64,000 bases of DNA from a virus (taxonomy: Duplodnaviria > Caudoviricetes): positions 11,907 to 75,906 of IMG/VR virus record IMGVR_UViG_3300025890_003315. One strand, written 5' to 3'. The notes under the pieces are model-generated. The model did no database searches and was not told the DNA's origin. It was given only the letters and a program-made list of their open reading frames with translations. The position numbers were made by a program, and so were the translations under genes. Below, one piece after another: positions 1-9,600 of this stretch. How positions within the stretch are numbered: the first letter of the stretch is position 1; each line of letters starts with the position of its first letter.

Positions 1-3000
1 GATGCCGAAGGAATGGGGGCTAAAGTTGGACAAGCTTTTGTTGGTGGACTTGGTAAATTTATTGGTGGCCCCGGATTGATAATGGCTGGAGTTGTCACGG
101 CAAAACTTTTTGCAAGTTTCGCTAAATTTGCAAAAGAGGCTTATGTTGCATTTACAGGCCAAAATACAGCCGCGCAGCAAAGAGCGTCTATACAGCAAAA
201 TATCCTCAACCTTTTGCAGCAAGAGCCAAGTATATTGCAACAGGTTAAGAGTGGACAAATGACTGTCAATCAAGTAGCTCAAGCTTACTTGAGTACATTG
301 AGGCAGCAAAATCAACTTCAAGCTCAAAATGTAAATTTAGCAAGACAAGCTGCGGCAGTTACTTATGGAGCAGGAGCAAGAGTAAGAGGAGGCAAAACTA
401 CAACTCCGAGTTTTGCTTTGGCGACAACTCCTGTTCGCGCTGGTGGCGATGGAATGATTCCAAATTTTGCATTAAAGCCGGAAGTATCAATACAAAAAGC
501 TGGTATTACTTCGCCTGAAAAAGCAAGAGCCAAGGGATATTCAAATTCTCAGATATCTCAAGCGTTTGGCGCTCAAAGTAAACCAAAACAAAAAACAGCT
601 TCAAGAAATTTCACAGCAATAGGATTGACTGGAAGAATAGGGGTCTTGACTGGTATTGGAGCAAACACAGATAGAAGTTTAAAAGTAAATCTTTCTTCTT
701 TAACGACAAAAAATGCACAAGTGAAGAAGATGATGGAACAAGGTATTACATCAGTGACAGTTCCTGACGTTAAACATAGAACTGCATTTCAGAAGGGTCA
801 AGAAGATAAGTTTTCCAATTTGATAAACACTCCAACTACGCAATCTGCTATAGGTTCCATAGCAAGCGATTTGTCTTATAAACTTTTTGAGGATGAAGCC
901 AAAGATTTACAACCAAAGATAAAACAAAATGTAAAAAAGGTCAAATTGGACCACGGAACAGAAGGCTCCATTTTTGAAGCTGCATCTAGACTGTTTTTGG
1001 GGGGAGAATTTCCAACTAATCAACAAGCAGCGTTTGACTTTGAGGAAAAGGGTCCACCATCAGGACTTTTTAAAAAGTTCTTTAATTTTGGAGAAGGATT
1101 AGTAAAAGCAGATGCAAAAAGAAGTGGAGATAAAATTGCAAGTAATATAGTAAATAAAACTTTCAATGATTCTGCTACGGCTTCTGAGTACCCTAACTTT
1201 TCTGCTTTGGGTACAGCAATTGCAAGAGAAAAAGCGGCGGGTATTCCATCTGGCGCAATAAGAGTTGGCAGAAGTTCGCAACTCGTTAGCTCATCAAATC
1301 CAAATGGATTGGCGGTTTACAACACAATTGACGAGCCGCGAGGATTGAGTCAAGGAATCAATCGCTATAAAAGCGCGGGATTGAATCCAAAAATGGCTGG
1401 CACACCAAACTTTGCTACTATGACTCAGTTAGGTTTTTCAAGTGGAAATATAGGAAAAGCGGGAGGAGGAGCTTTGAGCAACGCAGAAAAAAAACTTTTT
1501 CTAAACGCACAAAGAAATTTGACGCGCCAATACGTCAAGTCGAATATGACTCAGGCTCAACTGGAGACTGAAACAAAAAAATTAGCTGAAAAGCACAAAC
1601 TTTCAAGAAATGCTGAAGGTAAATACGTTTCTGCGATGAAAGCTCATACTAGAAATCTAAGAACAAGAAATACTAGAATGAAAAGTGTTTCTGGTGGAGC
1701 AGGGCGAATGGCTGGTAGAATGGGTGGCATGGGATCATTTGGATCTAGTGGAGTTTTAGGAGCAACAATGGGCCTTAGTATGTTGGCTGGAAGCGCAGAG
1801 CAATTTATTCCGGGTCAAACAGGCAGGGCAATATCTGGGACTGCTGGCGGGGCTGCAACTGGAGCTTCTTTAGGTATGATGTTTGGTCCAATCGGAGCGG
1901 CTATTGGAGGTGTAGCTGGCGGATTGTATGGACTTGTAAAGGCGATAGACCCAGTTAAAAGTGCAATGGCAGATTTAGCTGAAGCTAGCTCAAAAGCAGC
2001 TAAACAATTAGAGCTACAGCAAAATGCTTCTAATAGGGTTATTGGCTTGGTTGAAGAAATAACATCTGGGAAATTGAGCGAAGAGCAATTGAAAGCAAAA
2101 AGGAAAGATTTGGGATTTGCTATAAGTCAGTTAACTCCAGATCAAAGAGTCTTATTTACTGAAGGAGACATAGTTGACGCGACTCAAGAGCTACAAAAAA
2201 ATCAAGCTCAAAAAAATACAGAAGAACAACAACGAGAGGGCTTAAGAAAAGCGAAGACAATTGAAGAATTCAATAGTCTTTTGGGGGCAGACGCTGTTTC
2301 TAAAATAGCAAGTTTTAAAGACGCCGCTTTGAGGAATATAGTAACCGAAACAACTACGAGCGATATTCCTGATTTCGGAGATTATAGGAGTGTGCAATTC
2401 TCAAAACCTCATTTGGTGACGGAAACTAAAGATGTATATAAATCTAAAGAAATAGAAGACTCTATAAGAAAAAGATTCGCCGCAGAATTAAAGGAAGCTT
2501 CCGGTTTAGAAGAAAATGAAGGAAAAAAAATATTTGATAGACTCGAACTCGGTAACGCAGCTAATTTTAAAAACTTTCTTGAATCTCTAAAAGCCACCAA
2601 TGAAATATCTGAAGCAATTGAGGAATTGGGTGAAAGCGCAAAAGAAACTGAAAATTTTACAAAAAAATTTGCTAAGGCACTAAAAACTGTAAATTCTGAA
2701 TTGGCTAAAAGTACAATTAGTTCAGCTAGAATGGCAAACGCAAGTGCTGTTTCTAACGCTGGATTTGCAAATAATATATCTTTAGCTAGAGCAAGGGGGG
2801 CTTCCGGGTTTGATTTGCTTGGTTTATCTGCGCGGCAATCAAGAAATAATTTGTTTTACCAACAGGAAGCTCAAAGAACAGCAAATAAGGATAGGGGGCT
2901 GCAATTAAGAGCGAAAATATTAGGGGACACTGGTCTTACAGAGTATGCGAAAGGTAGTCTCAAAGATGTAATAGAACGAGGAGAAGATTTTGGCAGCACA

Positions 3001-5013
3001 GAAGTTCAAAAGGCTTTAGAAGCAATCACAAATCCTAAAAAACGAGAAGAATACGCAAAAGCAATTCAAGATTACATTGACTTTCAAACTATTTTAAATG
3101 AAAAAATAAAAACTGAATCTAATATTCTTGAAGGAAAAACAAAAACTGATAGAGATGTTCTTTCTATCACTCAACAAAGAATAGAAGATGAAAGACAATA
3201 CAATGATTCAATAAGAAAACTTGGACTCACGCAGCAAAAAGCCATATCCGCGCTTGAAGCAAGAATTTCAGCCGATAGAGAAATAGCTGACTTTACTAGA
3301 AATTTAGCAATCCAAAGAGCCAGTATTGGCAAAGGGCCAGCCGAAAAAGCAAGAATGGAAGCTGCTGGAAAACTTTCAAACATACAAAGTGAGATAAGTG
3401 GAGCAAGAGAATTATACAATCTAAAAAACCGGCAAATTGGAGGCAGCTTCGCTGAAATAAATACACAGAGTATTTTTGGTGAAGATGTAGGAAGCACATT
3501 AGAAGCTAGAGATAAATTAGCTGTTATCAAAAGAAGTAAAATTAACTTAGATGAGGATAAAAAAAGAGAGCTTCAAAAACTTGATCAACTTTTAGAAAAA
3601 GAAGATGAGTTAAATTCTACCTATAAGCAACAAGAAATGTCTTTAAATAAAAGAAAGAGAATTATAGAAAAAACTTCTGCCTTAGAGATAGAAAATATAC
3701 AAAGACAAATCAGCTTGCGGGGAACATTGCAAGACATCATGTCAGAGTACGCAATGTCAAATGAAGCAATTCAAGCAGAGTTGTCTGATAATATGAAGGA
3801 AATTGCTCGCGGAATGAAGGCTGACTTCAAAGGCGCGTTCAAGAGCTTTATTGATGGTAGCAAAAGCGCAAAAGAAGCTTTCAGGAACTTCGCTTTGTCT
3901 GTGATGGATCGATTGATGGACATGGCGGCAAGTTATGCAACAAATCAACTTTTTTCAAACATAGGAAAGGGAGTAGGTTTGATGGGATTTAGTGGCGGCG
4001 GTAAAGTTCCAACCAAAAGAGCCAGAGGGGGGATGATTAGTGGGGGATCTGGTGTGCGTGATGACGTTCCAGCGATGTTGATGGGCGGCGAATATGTGGT
4101 CAAGAAGTCTGCGGTTGATTCATTGGGCGTAGGCTTTATGAATCGAATCAACAGTTACGCTGAAGGTGGCGTGGTTGCTGACAATAAATTCATAATGGGA
4201 ACAGAAGGTGACCCAACAAACTATGGCAAGCGCGGCAAATTTTCTGTTGGAAGCAGATTGTCGGCTATGGCTATAACAAGCGAAGACAATCCGCAAAATG
4301 CAAGAAGAGACGCTATGGCCGCTCAAGACGAGCAGCGAGTGCAAAGATTCAGAGATTATGAAGAAAGAAATCGTCAGGCAATGGCGGAATTCAAAAGAGC
4401 AAACAGGCAAAAACTGATTGGAGCGTATATAAACGCTGCAATGATTATTGGTATGGCTAAATTTCAACAGGCTATGGAACAACGGGCTTTTGACAAAGAT
4501 ATGGATAAAAATGCATTGCCAGCAACTGGTGGACCACTTGCACCACCCAGCCCCGGATCAGGAGGATCAGCAAGTATGTATGCAGCACAAGGCGGATCTG
4601 CAATAAGCTCACTTATAAGGCCAATCAAGCCAATCAATAGAGCCTACGGTGGCGGCACAGGCACAAGCATGAGTCCAAGTATGCCAATGGCGAACACTTC
4701 CACTGGAGTTGGTGGAGGAAGCGGGGCATTTGCGATGCTTGCATCTTCAATTCAGCAACTCAGTGCGTCGATACAGTCTAATGGAGGCTCAACTGGTGGC
4801 GGCGGCGAAACCACTGTAAATCTGACTTTCAACATCGACAAATCTGGAAAAGCAGAAGCCAAAGATGGAGAAAACAAACAAGGAATGGATTCAAAGAAAA
4901 AATCAACAGAAGACGAAAAGCAAGAAAGAAAGCTTGGTGATATGATGAAGGCTGTTGTATTGCAAACTATTAATGATCAAAAGCGTCCCGGTGGTATTCT
5001 TTATGAACCTTAA
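1..5013 (+). CDS. Tail tape measure protein (5' end lies upstream of the window)
   Basis: Frame is open from base 1 (DAEG-MGAK...), more than 1666 aa. Ala/Gly-rich hydrophobic segments, long coiled-coil stretches, and the C-terminal GGMISGGSGVRDDVPAMLMGGEYVVKKSAV motif typical of tape measure proteins. Adjacent to tail-tip genes. Confidence 0.9.
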   Translation, partial: DAEGMGAKVGQAFVGGLGKFIGGPGLIMAGVVTAKLFASFAKFAKEAYVAFTGQNTAAQQRASIQQNILNLLQQEPSILQQVKSGQMTVNQVAQAYLSTLRQQNQLQAQNVNLARQAAAVTYGAGARVRGGKTTTPSFALATTPVRAGGDGMIPNFALKPEVSIQKAGITSPEKARAKGYSNSQISQAFGAQSKPKQKTASRNFTAIGLTGRIGVLTGIGANTDRSLKVNLSSLTTKNAQVKKMMEQGITSVTVPDVKHRTAFQKGQEDKFSNLINTPTTQSAIGSIASDLSYKLFEDEAKDLQPKIKQNVKKVKLDHGTEGSIFEAASRLFLGGEFPTNQQAAFDFEEKGPPSGLFKKFFNFGEGLVKADAKRSGDKIASNIVNKTFNDSATASEYPNFSALGTAIAREKAAGIPSGAIRVGRSSQLVSSSNPNGLAVYNTIDEPRGLSQGINRYKSAGLNPKMAGTPNFATMTQLGFSSGNIGKAGGGALSNAEKKLFLNAQRNLTRQYVKSNMTQAQLETETKKLAEKHKLSRNAEGKYVSAMKAHTRNLRTRNTRMKSVSGGAGRMAGRMGGMGSFGSSGVLGATMGLSMLAGSAEQFIPGQTGRAISGTAGGAATGASLGMMFGPIGAAIGGVAGGLYGLVKAIDPVKSAMADLAEASSKAAKQLELQQNASNRVIGLVEEITSGKLSEEQLKAKRKDLGFAISQLTPDQRVLFTEGDIVDATQELQKNQAQKNTEEQQREGLRKAKTIEEFNSLLGADAVSKIASFKDAALRNIVTETTTSDIPDFGDYRSVQFSKPHLVTETKDVYKSKEIEDSIRKRFAAELKEASGLEENEGKKIFDRLELGNAANFKNFLESLKATNEISEAIEELGESAKETENFTKKFAKALKTVNSELAKSTISSARMANASAVSNAGFANNISLARARGASGFDLLGLSARQSRNNLFYQQEAQRTANKDRGLQLRAKILGDTGLTEYAKGSLKDVIERGEDFGSTEVQKALEAITNPKKREEYAKAIQDYIDFQTILNEKIKTESNILEGKTKTDRDVLSITQQRIEDERQYNDSIRKLGLTQQKAISALEARISADREIADFTRNLAIQRASIGKGPAEKARMEAAGKLSNIQSEISGARELYNLKNRQIGGSFAEINTQSIFGEDVGSTLEARDKLAVIKRSKINLDEDKKRELQKLDQLLEKEDELNSTYKQQEMSLNKRKRIIEKTSALEIENIQRQISLRGTLQDIMSEYAMSNEAIQAELSDNMKEIARGMKADFKGAFKSFIDGSKSAKEAFRNFALSVMDRLMDMAASYATNQLFSNIGKGVGLMGFSGGGKVPTKRARGGMISGGSGVRDDVPAMLMGGEYVVKKSAVDSLGVGFMNRINSYAEGGVVADNKFIMGTEGDPTNYGKRGKFSVGSRLSAMAITSEDNPQNARRDAMAAQDEQRVQRFRDYEERNRQAMAEFKRANRQKLIGAYINAAMIIGMAKFQQAMEQRAFDKDMDKNALPATGGPLAPPSPGSGGSASMYAAQGGSAISSLIRPIKPINRAYGGGTGTSMSPSMPMANTSTGVGGGSGAFAMLASSIQQLSASIQSNGGSTGGGGETTVNLTFNIDKSGKAEAKDGENKQGMDSKKKSTEDEKQERKLGDMMKAVVLQTINDQKRPGGILYEP

Positions 5014-5900
5014 ACCAATTTACTTTTAATCCAATCTATTTGCTCTTTCATGTCTTTTATTTGACTATCCAATTGCAATATGATGCTGTTGTATACTGCG
5101 GTTGGGTTTTGGATATTTTCATTCATCAATGGAAGCTTCAAATTTGGAGAAAACTTGTTTATCAATGAGTAAGAATACGCGCCATCTTCTTTTGTAAAAT
5201 TGGCGGCAAGAGTAACTTGCCATTTTTTAAACTCAAAGCTTGATTTATTCAAAAACCGCGAAATTGATTGATCCAAAACAAAAAATGTAAAACTGGGGGT
5301 TCTTTGAATGTCTACAACTTGTCTTTCTTGTTGTTTCTTTTCACTGCATTCTTCAAAGTCTAAAGTTATAACCGCGTTTTCTCCAGAGCCGCCTTGCAAC
5401 TGTAAAAGTTCTTGCTTTGGAACTTCAGAGTATTCTCCTTTTGATTTTAATTTCAACTTTTTAATCCCGCCGACTTCATCAGTTGCTGTGACTTCAAAAC
5501 TTGTGCAGTTTGCCAAATTGGTTACTGTGTCAATAGTAGGTTCTCCATCTGATATTTGAACAATATCTCCAACCAAATAGTCTGAGCCTTTTTGTTCTAT
5601 ACTCGACAATCCAAGTGCTTCATACTTTATCAAATTGATGGTGATAAAATCGCCAATTGACAGTTTGTTTTGTATGTCCTGTCTTATAAGAAGCTTTTTG
5701 TCTTCTGTTTTTTCAAAATTAAATTTGAAATTTTTTAATTGAACATCAGAGACATTTACAAATGAAGACTGGTTATCGATTTGCATCATCGATCCTTCTC
5801 TCATTCCAAGCAAATTGTCTGACCCCACTGAGTAAGCGATATTAGAATCTTTTTTTAAACAAAGAAGTCCTTTGGGGCTTTTTTTTGTTGCGGTTATCAT
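5010..5900 (-). CDS. Putative virion/tail-associated structural protein
   Basis: 296 aa, last gene of the tail-tip operon. Contains a KGSDYLVGDIV...GGIKKL...GEY...GGSGENA beta-module like those seen in tail/baseplate proteins. Confidence 0.45.
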   Translation of the reverse strand: MITATKKSPKGLLCLKKDSNIAYSVGSDNLLGMREGSMMQIDNQSSFVNVSDVQLKNFKFNFEKTEDKKLLIRQDIQNKLSIGDFITINLIKYEALGLSSIEQKGSDYLVGDIVQISDGEPTIDTVTNLANCTSFEVTATDEVGGIKKLKLKSKGEYSEVPKQELLQLQGGSGENAVITLDFEECSEKKQQERQVVDIQRTPSFTFFVLDQSISRFLNKSSFEFKKWQVTLAANFTKEDGAYSYSLINKFSPNLKLPLMNENIQNPTAVYNSIILQLDSQIKDMKEQIDWIKSKLV

Positions 5901-6622
5901 TTTAAGTTTATCAAATTCAATGGAAAGAATTCTACTTCTGGCTTTTTGCCGTTTGGTTCATCTGGTTCAGAAAATGTGATGGTTGCCTGTTCGGTATAGC
6001 CACACCCCCACTCTTCAACAAAGATATTTGACAGTTTTCCATTTTTTTGACTACATGATATTTTAGCTTTTTCACCTCTGTTACCAAAAATAAAATCAGG
6101 ATCTTCCCGTTTTGGTTTTGTGGGTTCTGATATTGTGGCTTGTATATTTTTAGTATATCCAGATCCGGGGTCTTTGATTTCGATGAAACCAATATTGAAA
6201 AAACGATTGATTTTTCCAGTTTCTGTATAAAAATCTTTGACTGAAAGATTTTGCAAGTACGTTTTGTTTTTTTCAAAAAGAACTTTATGTGCAGCGTTGT
6301 TATTCTGCTTTGCAATTTCGATATTTTGGTCATTCGCCTCAATCAGTCTTTGTATCAAAGGCAATTCATCTTGCGTGAATTTCATTTGCGCGAATTTTTC
6401 AAAGTCGCTTTGTATTTTTCTATCTTTTACAAAGAAGCTTTGGCAAACGCTTTCTTCTGGACAGCTTTCTTTAAAAAAAATAAAGTCAATTACTTTTTGT
6501 GATATTGAATTTTGTTTGCAAAAGTCATGAAACTGATCAATAGATTTTTTCTCATCAAATTTCTTTTGTGTTAGAAATCTTTGTATGGAGCCGTCTTCTA
6601 ATGCTAAAAATAGAGTGTTCAT
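5897..6622 (-). CDS. Putative tail-associated protein with GxGY repeats
   Basis: ATG at 6622 just after the J stop. Two copies of (D/E)xGxGYT..ATI.(I/F)SEP (DPGSGYTKNIQATISEP, EWGCGYTEQATITFSEP). Confidence 0.5.
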   Translation of the reverse strand: MNTLFLALEDGSIQRFLTQKKFDEKKSIDQFHDFCKQNSISQKVIDFIFFKESCPEESVCQSFFVKDRKIQSDFEKFAQMKFTQDELPLIQRLIEANDQNIEIAKQNNNAAHKVLFEKNKTYLQNLSVKDFYTETGKINRFFNIGFIEIKDPGSGYTKNIQATISEPTKPKREDPDFIFGNRGEKAKISCSQKNGKLSNIFVEEWGCGYTEQATITFSEPDEPNGKKPEVEFFPLNLINLK

Positions 6623-6635
6623 TGAAATTTCGTTA

Positions 6636-9600
6636 CTATAATGTTGGTTCAGGAATAACTTGAGCAGTCGGACCATTTAATCCATTCCAAAGTATTCCTA
6701 CTGTCATAATTTCTGCTGTGACATTTTTCTTTGGCGTTATCGTTACTGAGACGTATTCAACCGAAGCGAAAGTCCATTTCCTTATTACGTAGAATTTGTA
6801 AGAAAGGTCATTTTTCTGCCAATTTTCCGTTGATGTTACAGTTTGTCTATCCGGCGCTAGCGTTGCAACAGTAGAAAGTTTTATTTTATTATCCGTGCTT
6901 CCAATTGCCTGTTCAACATATCTACCATTTGAAAATAGTATTCTGCTATTTGCAGGTATTGGTTCTAAAAGAGATCCTTCGATACTCACTGTTGTCTCAA
7001 GGTCTTTGTATACGCTAGATGAAAGAGTCTCTGTGGGATCTCCGTTCCACATTATATGTAGAACATCCCCACCATTTATATTTGATGTGATGGTAAAGTC
7101 TTCTGCTAATCCAAAAGAGTAAATGTTAAATTGATTAACCCTTAAATTATATGCGTAATAAGCAAACTGCTGAAAGAGGGATGTATAGCGAATACTATTC
7201 GCTTTTGTTACGCATTCTAATTTAAGATAAGCTCTGAAAATACTTCTTGCATCTGGCTCGCCATTTCTTTTTATTAAAATTGCTGGGGATACTTCAAAGT
7301 TTTTCGCATTGTCCATTACACTACTTAATGTAGTCAATCCTTTTTGTGCTTTTTCAGCTTCGAAGCTATCAAGCAATGTTATAGCGACATATTTTTCTTT
7401 GGAAAAGATTTGCGCCGGAATAGTGATTTTTTCTTTGGCTTTTGCGTCATTCTTATTTACAAAAGTCGCAACTTTGGTGATAGTACCAGTAAATGGCTCT
7501 GATCTAGAGGCAAATATAGGAAATTCACTGGGAACTGTTGGTCTGTTTCCTGTATATCCTGTAAGTGTGTAGTCTCCATAAGCATCTTGTGTAAATCCAG
7601 ATTGTTTGACATCGTTTCCATTAAACCAAATGTCAGAGTAATAAACGATAGCTCCTGCTGTGTCGTTTATTCCATTCATGCTAGCATAATTTGTTTCGCC
7701 ATCTTCGTCCCTGAAGATTTTTAATTCAATGTCTCCATTAAAGTTTAAAAATTGTTGGGTAACATAATTCGTTGGGTCATCAGTGTTTGCCCCGAGAATT
7801 TTTGAAGTTGCGAAATTAAAGTTGAAGTCATCAAAAACTTCTGGTTGGTCTGGGCTGTATGGATTTGAAAATGAATTCTTCTCTTCAGCAACAATTGAGG
7901 CTTTTGCATTTGTTAAATGCACATCTGGAGTCATTATAATTTGCGGAATGGCTGGGTTTCTGACTTGCAAAATGTCGTAACCTTTATTTGCGTTGAGGCT
8001 TTGAGAGAAAACTGAATTTTCTCCAGAGTTTTCTGAGTCAGAAACGAAGTTATAGCCAACACTGCTGTTTCCATCAAGATCGTGAGCTTCTATAACAACG
8101 TCGTAGTTTCTAAAAGGTCCGTTTTTTCCATTTTTAACATTAAAAGTTTGAACGTTGTCTGGTAAATCTGCTCTTGGAAACACATAATTTTCATAATCAG
8201 GGTAATCTCTACCATTGGTTGCGATTACAGCAATTCCTGATAAATTTTGTTCGTAACTGAAATTCAGAGCATTTTCGTTCAATGACAAACCTGTTTGCTC
8301 AAAGTATATAACTGGACTTGGCAAATTGGAGTCTGGACCAGATGGTTCTCTTACTGTGAATCTATACAAAAGATCTTTAGCTTGTAAATTCAAAGTTGTT
8401 TGAGCTAGCGAGCTATTCCAAGAAAAGCTTGGTCCAAGAATATCTGTAGATTGACCTGTTTTGTGCGCTGGATTGTTTGATCCTGTTTGCGTTTCCAAAG
8501 TCAAATCAGAAATTATAATATTTTGAATGATTGGAGCTTGATCTATAGTCTGGAAGCCTGAAACTGAAGTGTTTGATGGTAAGCTGATTGGGTTTCTGGA
8601 ATAAGCCCTGAAAAGATAAGTTCCATCTTCCAGTGGAGCATAACTGCTTGAAATTTGTTCTCCTGTTGCTGGTAAAATGTTAATCAGATACTCTGAATCT
8701 GGAGTTGCATCTACTACCACGCCGCCTCTTTGAGAAAAGTCTGTTCCTATCCATCCGCCATCTCCTATCCCAGATTTTTTAGCATAAATAGCCACACTTT
8801 TTATTCCGCTCAAACTATTGTCTGGTAATATTACTGTAAAAGGAATTTGAGAAAATTCACTATCTTCACCTTCGGCATTTTGTATAAATTCAACATCTCC
8901 AATTATCAATTCGTTTGGAGGATCTGGTATAGCATATATGTTTGTATTTTCTATTTTTGTGGAATTATCTACTTTAGTATATTTCTCTGGCTTGTAAATA
9001 ATGCATTGGACATCATATTTTGATGCTGGCTCTGATTCTGCCACAGATATAACTCTGTATAATTCATCTGGATTTTTATCTATTTCCCCATTAGAATGAA
9101 TAGTAAATACATTGACGCCGCTTACTTGATAATCAGAAATATCTAAAGTGTCGTTAGTGGTTATTTGTGTTCTTACGATGTTGTCTGCGCCTGTTACTCC
9201 AGAAGCCAACGAGCCAGCAAAAGAAAATGATTGAATTGCACTTCTGTCAATTCCAGAAATATCATCAGATGTCAATCCGGTGACTAGTGCTGGGTCATAT
9301 TGATAAGTTGGAGTAAGAAGTGAGAACTCGTAAGTTTCAGCGCCACTTAGTGGTATTTCAGAATCAAGTGTTATTTGAGTTTCTGACGCAGTGGCAGAAA
9401 TGTTTTTTATTCTGCCGCCGTGCCTTTTGCTTGTTTTTGTGTTATCGGCTATTCTGACTACATCTCCGGGTTCAAGAAGCGCGGCTTCAATGCCAGCCCC
9501 AAAGCTCATTGTCTCTGTTTCTAAATTGTCAGTGCTAATAACCCATCTTCCAAGTCTTTGAGCTTGAGATTTCCTAGTGATACCAAAAGCTGTAACTTCT

